This document shows positions 39,724 to 56,226 of a stretch of 64,000 nt of DNA, piece by piece. Every line of letters begins with the position of its first letter. The stretch's first letter is position 1. Both the position numbers and the translations under genes were made by a program. Under the pieces are notes generated by a model. That model was not told the DNA's origin. It made no database searches and saw only the letters and a list, made by a program, of their open reading frames with translations. The stretch is from the NCBI GenBank assembly GCA_965153355.1, contig OZ231126.1, positions 36,022,001-36,086,000 on the forward strand, written 5' to 3'. This DNA comes from Flaccisagitta enflata (taxonomy: Eukaryota).

Positions 39724-40716
39724 TACTATTTTTTTCCATGTACTATATAGGATGAGATGAGTAAAGATGCAACTGGGTCGATGGTTGTTCTTTGTCGTTG
39801 TTGGCGGCAGTGCGGCCTTGTGCCCCTCGCGCGGCCTCGTTCCATATTCCAGTAAGGCTGATGTCACGCACAAAGAATAAAAAACGAGACCGGTTAAGAA
39901 GATACATTTTCGCGCAGTTGGGCCATGAGCACGAGCAGTGGCGCGTTTTGAGTCATGTGACATGTTTAAATCGATTTGACAATCTGGTCTCCGACTCTAA
40001 GATGGAATAAGACCTTGTTTATCAGGATTTGAAATGTATCTTCCCATTCTTGATTTTCCTATAGTAGAAATTCACCAAATTCACCAATTCTGCGATAAGA
40101 CGGATAGACCAGTTTATAGACACGCGCATATGAGACAAGGCGCATAACTGCCAGAGGGGAAGACGTCCTTGAGTTCAAGTCGACGTCACTTCGCTTGTCA
40201 GCCTTCTTCTCTGATTTATGTCAGTCTTTTTTTTTCTCGAATGTCTTCTTTGATTCTTCCATTCCAGTTCCAAATGGAATAAGAATGATTGTTACTGTTG
40301 CAATGGAGTTGCTCTGCTTACTTATGCAAACTCAATTCACAAAGTAATCTAGTATGATGCCAAATGTATTTGATTTCTGTTAATCATTTCACCGTAATTG
40401 CGTAATTAGAGGACGTTCACGATCGGTACTTGCCTTGCCTTGCTTAGCATTGCTCTGGACTTGCTGAACATCCTCTTGGGCACATGGCAGAGGAACAATG
40501 CAATGATATCGAAACCTCTCCCGTGACTGAATTGTATTGAGAGCAGTAAAGTACATCATTGCTTGATGTGCTGATGCGTCCCGGTAGGAAGACACCCCAT
40601 GCATAAACAGGTAACGCGGAGTTACAGCATCGTCATGCATAAACAGGTATCGCGGGAATACTGTACCGTCGCCGACAAGTGGACAGCCCCTCCCCTCCCC
40701 CCCCCCCCATACACAC

Positions 40717-41334
40717 TAGACCCATCTTTTCCCGAGACTTTTGTAGCTAGAAAACATATGACAGTGCCATATTTTTGCAAACTTTATATGCTATCATGTT
40801 GTAAAAAGAAAAAAACAATTTTCAAAATTCTTGGCTCGGGTTTCGAACGGTGAAATTTGCTAAAAGTATAGGAAAATGAAAATTTCAAAATGAAAATTTT
40901 TGAAATCTGATTGCAGATTCAGATTCTTCATGAAAAAGTATAAATGAAAAGTGCTCTTCTTTTTTTGATATTTTTACAAGAAGCCTGTAAAAATTAAAAA
41001 AACTAATGAAGAGCGCGTAATTGTTCTTTTGTTCGCTTTTTTCAATAAAAATTGGATTTTTTGTCATGTTCCCATAGGAATTTTAAAAAATGAATTACAC
41101 TTTGTGTACCTACTTTTTCATGGAGAATAAGAATCTGCAATCAGATTTTAAAAATTTTCATTTTGAAATTGTCAATTTCCTATATTTTTAGCAAATTTCA
41201 CCATTCGAAACCCGAGCCAAGAATTTTGAAAATTGTTTTTTTCTTTTTACATTATGATAGCAGATAGACTTTGCAACAGTATGGCACTGTCATATGTTTT
41301 CTAGCTACAAAAGTCTCGGGAAAAAATGGGTCTA
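40717..41334. mobile_element. Foldback-like MITE with ~225-bp TIRs and perfect 8-bp TSD
   Basis: TAGACCCAT...ATGGGTCTA with high-identity arms 40717-40940 / 41111-41334. TSD ATACACAC at 40709-40716 and 41335-41342. Inserted in a reverse HINE remnant that ends at ~41460. Confidence 0.9.
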
Positions 41335-42168
41335 ATACACACCCAATCACCACCGCGGCTTTTTCACACTTTTAAACTTGAGCTTGACGGAGGGACGGAT
41401 AGACCAACCATGGACGTATTGACAAAGCCTCTGATTGAGTCGCTAGTGCGTAACTAAAAACGTTAAAAACAGTAACGCAAGAAATGTATTGATGGTCCAT
41501 CCTAGATTGCATTTCTCACCGACGCTACGACACTCACCATGAATCATTAAACGAAGAAACGAGAGTAGTTAAATGTAGACTTCTATAAATACTTTGTTAT
41601 CGCTAACTGCGTCTACAGCAGAGTTGAATCTAACTGCCTTTCATCGAACTTTCACCATGCCTTCCCTCCTTTATGTGGATATCATTTCAGAAAATATTCA
41701 ATGGTGCATCACTCGATCTGTTTGCGAGTCTGCCTTAATTGAATTGCAGGTTTCAAAAATCTGCTTTTAGTTCTTCTAGGACAGATTTTCTCTGAATCTG
41801 TCTGCCTTGTCCGTCTCGTGTTACCGTGTGATGCCTCTTTCTTCTGTCTTCTCTCCCCATCTGTTCGCGAACCCGCAACTTTATACACTGCTTTGTTGGT
41901 TTGCACATCAGTCGGTTGGTCGATAGATCCATTGCGTTGGCCTGTAAATTTTTTTTCTCGACTTCCAGAGGGCTGTGTATCCGGGTTTTTTTCTTTTTTT
42001 TCTTTTTTGATTTCATTCCCTCTGTTCCTTCTTCGCTTCCTTGCCCTTTGCCACGAGGATTGAGCGCTGCTCAAACTTCAACTCACCGATTTCTACGCTT
42101 CCTAATTGCGCCTTCCGTGCCCGGGGCTCCCACAAGGCACAGGGGAACTAGTGGGAAAGGGGGAACGA

Positions 42169-42232
<64 letters not shown>

Positions 42233-43556
42233 AACATAGTGCAGACCAAAAACGCTATGAGAGATTGACTGAGATGACTGAAGGCGTGGCCAACAGGTTA
42301 CATTGAAAAAAGAGCCTAAGTTAATGTATGTGGACGTGGATGAGCTGTGGCCTGTGGGCAGTTTTGCCAGTTTTTTTTTGTACCAGGCGCGGCGGCGCGA
42401 AATCTGGGCTAAATTGACAAATATGACATGACAGCCGGATGGACCGAAGGACGGAAGGAAAAGTGGCCCATATACTATAGGAGTGATGCGCGTAGTAACT
42501 AGTCAGTGAGGGCTCACAAAGCCCTCTTCCATACTTTTCAGAGTGGGTGTAGTGAGGGATATTGTTCCACCTGTCTTAGTAGTGTAAAACGCGACTAAAA
42601 CACAACAACACTAAAAAGAAAATAACAAAAGTAAAAAAGCTGAGTGGCTGAAACAGGTAAGTTGTAAGTTGACGAACTCAAAACCGTGCAGCACTGTAAT
42701 TCAACTTCTTCATCTTCGAAAAAAAAAGCCAATTGCGGTTTCTGGTCAAAAGTCACTTCCTTAACGAGAATCGTTGTCAACTTGGAACTACTCCAACCAA
42801 CAGCTAGTCTCGCAACAGAATTTGTTCCAAGGCAATGGAAAGATCGTTTGATAGTATCAAACTTCATTACATTTCGTTTGATTTACAATGTGGGCGGTTA
42901 AAAATGGCAGATTCGTGGATCAGAGTCAATTAATACGCTTCTTCCAGATGGAAACGGAAAAATGTGACCAAAATTGATAAGTTCTTGCGATTGAGTCTGG
43001 GCGACGTATTGTAGACTTTAAGACAGAAACGTTCATTTCAAAATAAGTTTGGACCGTTGCATTCTCTGCAATGAATATGGAGGAAGAGGAAGAGGCCAAA
43101 AATATGTTCTATCGCGTGTCCCAATGTATATCGAGGAAAAGAATAATATCGGATAGGACCTGATAGGTGAAAGTGTATCTAGCATTTATGAACGCTAGTT
43201 TAAGACCAACTTACTAACCAACAAAGGTTTTTTTTAAGCCCACCAAGCACCTAGTCTAATACTCGGTAAAAGACAGTTGAGATGAACATCATTCCCAAAC
43301 ACTCATTTCTTTTTCTCCCCGCAGTCGCGTAATCACGGTGCATTCGACATTCCTCGCATCATCAACCCTTCTCGCCCTTTGAGCCCTCTGAGGCCGATTC
43401 TTCTCTTGACTCTCTCCTTCCTCACGATCGAGATTCTTTTCGTGTGTTCCCCCTTTGGAGTCAAACGTCCCAATTCATTTGGAGCCTTTTCTCGTCCCTT
43501 TCTCTTTTGCCCTGCTTGTGCTCTTTCTTCCTCATTTCGAATTTCCTTTTTCTTCC

Positions 43557-44530
<974 letters not shown>

Positions 44531-44767
44531 TTCAATCATACATTAATTCATTGTCTTTCTTCCTCATTTCGCTTGTCCTTTTCAACGCCTGCTATCGGCC
44601 TCGGTTATCGTTATCCAAAAAGGGCAAATTTCGATTCTTCGTTTGAATGCGCGGGTTTTGACCTCCTCGCCTCTCGATAATCCACGCCGACACTTCTTCA
44701 GCCCAATAAGCCTCGCCTACGATTTCCAATTGTCGAAAACAGTTCGAGCGATCCTAAGGCGCGGCTC

Positions 44768-45058
44768 GGTGGTGGCCGCAGTGGTGGTGGCCGCAGTGGT
44801 GGCGGCGGTGATGGTAGAGTCGATGGTGGTGGCGGTGGTTGCGACGGCCATGATTGTGACCTTGACTGCGACGGTAGCGGCATCGGTTGTGGCGGCGGTG
44901 GCGTTAGGTGAAGCAGCAGTGGCGTTGGTTGTGGTAGTGGTAATCGCGACGTAGCCACGTTGGCAGCAGCTTTTTCTGTGGCGGCAGCGGCGTTGGGTGT
45001 AGCGGCAGTGGCGTGGGGTATAGCGGCAGCGGCGTTGGTTGTAGCGGCAGCGGCGTCA
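44768..45058. repeat. GC-rich degenerate triplet/21-bp minisatellite (GTAGCGGCAGCGGCGTTGGTT)
   Basis: Four near-identical 21-bp units at 44978-45058, with degenerate units upstream. Confidence 0.7.
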
Positions 45059-46105
45059 CGCTCAAGTGGCGTGTCTGACGCCGAAAAGAGAGCGAGGGAG
45101 AGTGAAACGAAGCGACGGGAGAGAAAAGTAGGGCAACAGATTTGAATTGGCATATCGGCCGGCGTCGCGTCAATCTGCGTCCTTCGCGGCGTCTTTTTGT
45201 TTACTCCGGCGTCCTCCGGTGTTGCGTTTAGCGTCTCTGGGCGTTTCCGGCGTCTCCGGTCTCGCGAACGGCACTTTAGGCGTGGAAGAATCAACCATTC
45301 CTCCTTTTCTGCACAAAAAGGCGGCGGCGATGACACAATAAAGGCGACGACATCGAATGGAATCGGAGAGGCTACAACCATTTATTATCTCCAATCATTT
45401 CTCCAACTTGCGCTGTCAAATTCGAAGAAAAAGAACTAGAGCCACATATTTAGGGCATTCACGCGTTAGCAAGTGGATTGGAAGGGTTGGACAAATGAGA
45501 TTAAGTGATAAATGTTAACGGGCGTCGGTTTGGGCATTAGCACTTGCCAAAAGAAAATAGGAAAAATATAAACAAATCAAAGGGTTTGGAGATGGGGAAG
45601 AAAATCAAAGGGGAAAAAACAGAAAAGAAGCAAATTTGGGGAAAACATAACTTTTGACAGTACCAAATCATAAACACTGGTTAGTGAATCACAATTTATC
45701 ACTATTTGAACCTTAACTACACAGATTATTGCTTTAAGGGGAAGAAAATCATAGATTTTAAAACGCGATGCGACACATAGGGGGAGAAAATCAAAGGGGG
45801 GGGGGGAATCAATTTTAAACACCCCTGTTATTGAGGCACGAGATTCATTGAGACACAGACTGGGGATGGCGACCCCTAAAACTTTGGTTCCCATACGCCG
45901 CTGGCGATGGCATAGCGGAAGCAACGTCTAAATTGGTTCTTCCAAATGCGTTTCTCGTCTGCGTGTTAAAAACGAATTTTCGGTGACATCGCGTCGGTCG
46001 CGGTCGGGCCACGTTATGAAAATGAGGAAGAGTTCCAGTCTCAGTTTTTAACGTGTTGCTTAATCAGCGTGACGAGTTTTGGCTTTTGAACACGAAAATG
46101 AAAAT

Positions 46106-46191
<86 letters not shown>

Positions 46192-46449
46192 AAGAGAGAT
46201 ATGGACAGACAATACAGGGCTAACAGGCAAATAAAAAGAATTTTTTTTTCATATTTTGATGTGAATACTCACAAGTCACAATCTGAATAATTCAACAGCA
46301 CATATGTTCTTGCGAGACTATTCATGATGAATATGAAACTGGCGAAACTGACAAGTTTTGGTCCAATCAGACGTGTAGACGTCGAAGATATTGACAAATT
46401 TTCGCTAAATATAGGCGTGATCGAAGTGAAACTCGTTCCAATAATCATT

Positions 46450-48037
<1,588 letters not shown>

Positions 48038-49037
48038 AGAGAGAGGCGGGATTAGTATTTCTAGCCCATGTATTTTTTCAACGGAAGATGCGACGGGTGA
48101 GCGGAGGGAAACAACATTATCGTCGCAACCATCTTCTACTTTTTTCCATTCTTCTTTCTCCTCTTTTACTTATGTTTTATTTTCGTTGCACTTTCATTTT
48201 TGTGACGGGAACATCGTTAACTCAAAAGCAAGTAGTACGAGATCAAGAAGGACACCAGCTCACGGCAGGAGGCGCAAATGGTAAATGGAATGAATGAATG
48301 AATGAATGAATGAATGAATGAATGAATGAATGAATGAATGAATGAATGAATGAATGGTTAATTTAATGAATGGATGAATTAATGAATGAATTAAAGATTG
48401 AATGAATGAATAAATGATTGAATAAATGAATGAAAGATGTACCTAAAGAGTGAATGGGTGAAAAAAAACTGAAAATGCTCAGAACAACAGACAGGCAGAT
48501 AGACGGACATACTGACAAACTGACAGACAAAAAAGGAGCGGGCAATCTAATTTTTACCAAGAAGATGAATCAAGACCAGAGAAAATGAAAAAAAAGAGTC
48601 TACTGACAGTGACAACTGCATCTGCCGAAGAATAAAACCAACTCACTCTCACTGTCTCCCTTCAAAGAATGAAGTTCTGTCGATAACAGATAAGACAAAA
48701 AAGACGAAACAAAGGGGGAAAATAGGACATAGACAGAAGAAGAGTCCGCAGACTGACACAGACACAATGACCAAGATGAGAAAGATTGGCATTGAACACG
48801 TCTCAACGTACTTGTCTTTAAATTTATGGGGCAGTATCCGCGGCCAACCACTCGCTCTACAAGTCTACAATAAAGCGAATATTGCACAGCGACTCTCCTG
48901 AGAGCTGTCAGCATTGGAATGATACATTGCTCTTATTGCACATTGTCAATGAACATATATTGCATTTATTGAAGTCGAGGGAGATATGCAAGCCAACTGA
49001 GATGTTTCTGCATCGTGTTGATAATCGATCGCCCCCT

Positions 49038-49079
<42 letters not shown>

Positions 49080-49127
49080 GTGTAGAGTTGGAATTCGTCA
49101 CTTTTTCTCAAAAAATTTCAGGAAAAT

Positions 49128-49224
<97 letters not shown>

Positions 49225-49474
49225 TATGGACAGACAATAGAGGGCTAACAGGCAAATAAAAAGAAATTTTTTTTCATATTTTGATGTGAATACTCACAAG
49301 TCACAATCTGAATAATTTAACAGCACATATGTTCTTGCGAGACTATTCATGATGAATATGAAACTGGCGAAACTGACAAGTTTTGGTCCAATCAGACATG
49401 TAGACGTTGAAGATATTGACTAATTTTCGCTAAATATAGGCGTGATCGAAGTGAAACTCGTTTCAATAATTATT

Positions 49475-49570
<96 letters not shown>

Positions 49571-49717
49571 TGACAATTTTCATGGGAATACGGCGCCCTT
49601 GAGGACTGGTTGTTATGAGAGGCTGTCATAAGTCACGATATGGTGTCGCCAAAATTCAAGGGAATATCATCAAAACATGAACATCCGTTATTGCAAAGGA
49701 GGAAACGCAAATGGAAA

Positions 49718-49826
<109 letters not shown>

Positions 49827-49896
49827 CAATTTTCATGGGAACAATTTTTTTTGAACAATTTTTTCTTGAACAATTTTTTTTGAACATTTTTTTTTT

Positions 49897-50369
49897 GCTG
49901 CGCAAAAGAGACTATCGGCAAATTTTATCGTTCAGTCGACTCCATTTTGCGCGTTGACGGCAGATCCGAAAACATCGTTATGCTGCGTCACCTCGAGGCT
50001 CATTGCATCCCAATCTTGTCCTACGCCATTGAGGTCGTCAATGTGATTGACAGAAGTCAGATGAGCAAAATGCGTTCTGCCTACAATTCAATCTTCCGAA
50101 AACTCTTTCACTTCTCATACAGAGAAAGCGTAACTGATCTGCAGCATATGCTCAGTCATCCCACTTGGGAAGAGCTCATTGCCAAACGCAAAGACAAATT
50201 TCAGAAAAAGTTCATGCATCTTCCAACCGCCTCCTTAGTCCATGTGGCTTGTGCTTAACTCACTATTGTTCTATGAATTGAGTGTCTCTGTCTAGTTGTA
50301 GTCTTTTACTTTTCTGTCGTTGTTATTGTCAATTGTGCTACACTTTATTGTGTGAATTATACGTCATAT
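49897..50369 (+). mobile_element. Duplicated copy of the truncated LINE
   Basis: Same insertion site and sequence as 46836-47308, with 6 substitutions in the 312-nt ORF part. Confidence 0.75.
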
Positions 50370-50497
50370 AATACGGCGCCCTTGAGGACCGCTTGTTATG
50401 AAAGGCTGTCATAAGTCACAATATGGTATCGCCAAAATTCAAGGGAATATCATCAAAACATAAACATCCGTTATTGCAAAGGAGGAAACGCAAATGG

Positions 50498-50587
<90 letters not shown>

Positions 50588-50734
50588 CAATTTTCATGGG
50601 AATACGGCGCCTTTGAGGACCGGTTGTTATAAGAGGCTGTCATAAGTCACGATATGATGTCGCCAAAATTCAAGGGAATATCATCAAAACATAAACATCT
50701 GTTATTGCAAAGGAGGAAACGCAAATAGAAACAA

Positions 50735-50868
<134 letters not shown>

Positions 50869-51013
50869 CAATTTTCATGGGAATACGGCGCCCTTGAGGA
50901 CCAGTTGTTATGAGAGGTTTCAAAAGTCACGATATCGTGTCGCCAAAATTCAAGGTAATATTATCAAAACATAAACATCCATTATTGCAAAGGAGGAACG
51001 CAAATGGAAACAA

Positions 51014-51119
<106 letters not shown>

Positions 51120-52112
51120 GGATTAGTATTTCTAGCCCATGTATTTTTTCAACGGAAGATGCGACGGGTGAGCGGAGGGAAACAACATTATCGTCGCAAC
51201 CATCTTCTACTTTTTTCCATTCTTCTTTCTCCTCTTTTACTTATGTTTTTTTTTCGTTGCACTTTCATTTTTGTGACGGGAACATTGTTAACTCAAAAGC
51301 AAGTAGTACGAGATCAAGAAGGACACCAGCTCACGGCGGGAGGCGCAAATGGTAAATGGAATGAATGAATGAATGAATGAATGAATGAATGAATGAATGA
51401 ATGAATGAATGAATGAATGAATGAATGAATGGTTAATTCAATGAATGGATGAATGAATGAATGAATTAATGATTGAATGAATGAATGAATGATTGAATAA
51501 ATGAATGAAAGATGTACCTAAAGAGTGAATGGGTGAAAAAAAACTGAAAATGCTCAGAACAACAGACAGGCAGATAGACGGACATACTGACAAACTGACA
51601 GACAAAAAAGGAGCGGGCAATCTAATTTTTACCAAGAAGATGAATCAAGACCAAAGAAAATGAAAAAAAAGAGTCTACTGACAGTGACAACTGCATCTGC
51701 CGAAGAATAAAACCAACTCACTCTCACTGTCTCCCTTCAAAGAATGAAGTTCTGTCGAACACAGATAAGACAGAAAAGACGAAACAAAGGGGGAAAATAG
51801 GACATAGACAGAAGAAGAGTCCGCAGACTGACACAGACACAATGACCAAGATGAGAAAGATTGGCATTGAACACGTCTCAACGTACTTGTCTTTAAATTT
51901 ACGGGGCAGTATCCGCGGCCAACCACTCGCTCTACAAGTCTACAATAAAGCGAATATTGCACAGCGACTCTCCTGAGAGCTGTCAGCATTGGAATGATAC
52001 ATTGCTCTTATTGCACATTGTCAATGAACATATATTGCATTTATTGAAGTCGAGGGAGATATGCAAGCCAACTGAGATGTTTCTGCATCATGTTGATAAT
52101 CGATCCCCCCCT

Positions 52113-52204
<92 letters not shown>

Positions 52205-52252
52205 GTGTAGAGTTGGAATTCGTCACTTTTTCTCGAAAAATTTCAGGAAAAT

Positions 52253-52348
<96 letters not shown>

Positions 52349-52487
52349 AGACAGAGACAGAGACAGAGACAGAGAGAGCAGGGAGAGTAAAACGGGAGAA
52401 ATAAAAAATATTCGTCACTTTCATAAAGTTTTGAAATTCTCGAATTCTCCGTCGTTTTTGTCCCATGAGACGTTGGGAACAATGAAG

Positions 52488-52638
52488 AACAAGGCCAACA
52501 ACTAAACGTCGCGTGCGAGACTTACATGATGACTGAGAATGACTTAGAATGACTTTGAATCACTTAGAATCACTTAGTATATTCTTTAATGACTTGAAAT
52601 GACAAAAGTAGATAAAAAAAATATAAGTGTGACGGACC

Positions 52639-52669
<31 letters not shown>

Positions 52670-52739
52670 CGACCAACGGACGGATGGACGGACGAACGGA
52701 CAAAACGGGGTGTAGAGTCGCGTGCACGCGACTAAAAAA
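52488..52739 (-). mobile_element. HINE family A, reverse
   Basis: AACAAGGCCAACAAC...GTCGCGTGCGAGAC...(GACA)n...TGTAGAGTCGCGTGCACGCGACTAAAAAA. Confidence 0.78.
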
Positions 52740-53335
52740 GTAGACTGTAAACAAGGCCGATAGATTCCTAATAGATGCGTCCCATTCAGACATAGAATAA
52801 TAAAAAAAATAGGTTGTACCTAAAAGGATGAGGATATATGAATAAGATAACCATTAAAATTGCCATTAAACACGCTCTTATAAAGATGAGTATAAAAGAC
52901 ATATAAGAATGAGAAGGAAAGAGAAGGAAAAAAAAGTAAAGAGAAAATAATGCAATGAAGGGGGGGGGGAGGGGAGAGTTACATTCCCCGGGAGAAAAGA
53001 AAGATTGTTCCTCGTCCGTCTTTCTCTTGAAATAGGAAAAATCAAAAGTATTTCACACTCTCATCGTATTACGGCAGACACAAAAAAAGCTTCAATACTA
53101 TGACTCAGGCCCGACGTCTTCCAATTTCAAATGTTCGTCCTACCGAAGAGCAGAAAAACACTGTTTCTTTCGATTCTAGGGCGCCCTGTTTTGCCAACTT
53201 TCAATGTACGTTCAAACAAAGGGCTCGGCATCAAAAAAGAGAGAGAAAAATAAAAGAAGAGAAGGAAGATAAATGGAAGAAATGTTGAAATGTTGAAATG
53301 AAACTAAGAGAGACAATGATTTTTTTTCCAAGGAC

Positions 53336-53452
<117 letters not shown>

Positions 53453-54372
53453 AGACAGATATGTAGCCGGACGAACGGACATGCGTACGTCAAGCTGATT
53501 TTTACCACAAACAGAGTAGCACGGACAGAACAAGTGGAAGTAGGACTTTGATTACTCATAACTTTGTTTCCCTGAATAATCAATTTTTCAGAAATTGTTA
53601 ATGAACACAACAAAATTTTCCCACCAAAAATTGAGAAAGCGAGCAAAAATAAAATAAAAAAAAAAAAAAATCGAATCAAATAATTCTTCATCGAAACCAT
53701 TCCTCATCTCAACGGCACTTCACACGCATTTGAATTTAATTGTGTGCTCGGCAATGATCTGTGTAAAGTCTATAAAAGAGTAAGAAGTAGGTAAACATTT
53801 CTTTCTTTTTTTTCAAACTCTCCAAAAAATTTCCTAAATGAATTCGAAATTTTGCTTGATCGATTTTTGCTCCCTGATCCCAATTGTATTTACTTAAGAG
53901 GCGAATTTTTTTAATTTCTTTTTTTTTCTTCTTAAGTTTGTTGGCGGCACCAAAGAGAAGACAAAAAAGAAGCATCCAAGTATAGAAAAGAACAAGAAGA
54001 AATAACGAAACAAAGAATTTACTAAATAGGATGAGAAGGAATTGAAGGAAAAACATGGAAGGAAAACAAACAGATGAGAAAAAAAAATGTGATGAAAAGT
54101 GATGAAAAGAACGGACAAAAGAGTGCTTATATGTCATACATCGTGCATAAAATACTTAAGTGTATCCTTTACTTCCATTTCGCAAGTGACTCAATACAAC
54201 ATCATGTTGCGTCCCTTGCATCAGTTGCATTTTTAAGTTTTCAACATGTTACATATGAATTCATGATGGCATGGAAACGGAGAAAAGTAGAACTACCATC
54301 AGCTCCCCATTTTTAAAGGTAGATCAATGGGTAAACAAAAACTCAAAAAGTGGAAAGATAGATTGTTAGCTG

Positions 54373-54400
54373 GATAGATAAATAGATAGATAGATAGAAC

Positions 54401-54490
<90 letters not shown>

Positions 54491-54515
54491 AAGATAGATA
54501 GATAGATAGATAGAT
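54373..54515. repeat. (GATA)n microsatellite
   Basis: Read directly. Confidence 0.97.
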
Positions 54516-55175
54516 CGAAGAATCAATAACTAGGTGGAACGCAGATGGGAGGGTAGGAAACCCGGTTGGATAGAAAGAAGGAAATAAAGAGGTCTGAAAG
54601 GAAAAGGTTTGCAATGCAAAGCAGCCAAAACCATTGACGGGAAAGTTTTGATTACCAACAGGCTGCAGAGCGCAGCGAGGTCGAAATACGTTAAGCTTCT
54701 AGGCAGCAAATCTTACCCCTGTTGTACGTCTTTCTCTGTCTATCTTTCTCTGACTATCGGTTCGATTCTTTATCCGTCCATGGGTTTTAGCTGTCTTTCT
54801 TTCAGTCTGTCCGTTTGTTAACGGTCTTCCCGACTATCTGTCTGTCTCTCTCTCTGTCTGACTGTCTGTCGATTTGTTGAGAGGGGCGATAGTCACAGAT
54901 CTCGTCAATTCTGCTTGGAAACATGTGTAATGTAATTGGGGTGTCTCGGACTTAAAAAGATTTCACTTTGTAAAAGACCCACGATACAACAGTAACTACT
55001 TCAATGTCGCACTTGTATCCTTCATTGTAATTATCGGGAAAAAAGTCGAAGTCAGTCTTCGACTTATTGACATATTCGAGGGAAACCGGGTTATCATTTT
55101 CTTAAGCAGAAGTTGGGGAACTCATAGGGCTCATTATGGCCTCCAATGAAATTTGTAGGGTATGATAAGTTGATA

Positions 55176-55750
55176 ATTCTCTTTCATTTTGCGCCAAGTA
55201 GAATATTCTCTTTCATTTTGCGCCAAGTAGAATATTCTACGACAAAAATTTTTGGCTTTATGAATTTTTAAAGATTAATTTACAAAAAATTCAAATTGAA
55301 TTTTTTTTCAATTTTTATGATTTTAAGTAGGTCTAATGAAGGAGTGTATGTTTGTTTGAGCATACAAATACAAGAAAACTTATTTATGAGCATAGCTGCT
55401 CATCTGTGAGGGTGTTTTTGAGCATTTTAGCTCATTTATCTCAATCTTTTTTTCTGATCTTAAATGCAATAAATGAATGAATATTTTGATACTTGTTTAA
55501 GCAAGCCTATAAAAGAAAGCTTGTCAGTGAGCAGAGATGCTCATCTGTGTGGGTGTTTTTAAGTATTCTAGCTCATTTAACTCATTTATCATAGTCTTTT
55601 TTTTATTTTTAATAGGATGAATAAATGTTTTTATTGAGCATGTAAATACAAGAAAGCATTTCAGTGAGCATACCTGGATATCTGGTTGAGTGATTTTGAG
55701 TATTTTAGCTCATCTAGCTCATTTGGCTCAATTTTCTCTGATTTTCAATA
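55176..55750. repeat. 29-bp exact tandem duplication (55176-55233) and three degenerate ~138-bp units (55358-55750)
   Basis: ATTCTCTTTCATTTTGCGCCAAGTAGAAT occurs twice. GAGCA...AAGAAA...TGAGCA...TAGCTCAT recurs at ~55358, 55499 and 55636. Confidence 0.7.
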
Positions 55751-56079
55751 CAATCAATATATACAATTGCTCTTGATTTGATCTAACAAATAAAAAAAAA
55801 TGCAGGGACTGAAGATAAAAGCTTGGTGAAAAGTGACAAATGCTTACGACTTTTTTCCTCACGGCGACAGCCGCCATTACTGGTAAAAGCTTCATCTTCC
55901 TCTTTCTCCTTATTCATCTCAATACAAAGTTGGGATGCAGCACGATAGTAAATTGTCTCATGCTGTTTTCCTTTTACACAAAGGTAAGATTATTGCGCCC
56001 TATTTAATGTCCGAGTGGCAAAGCAAAAATTTGTTTTTATCGCATCTCCCACTGTCTAACTGTTTGTTTGTCCGTGTAC

Positions 56080-56129
<50 letters not shown>

Positions 56130-56137
56130 GCTGTTGC

Positions 56138-56225
<88 letters not shown>
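56080..56225. repeat. (GTT)n microsatellite
   Basis: Read directly. Confidence 0.97.
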
Positions 56226-56226
<1 letters not shown>

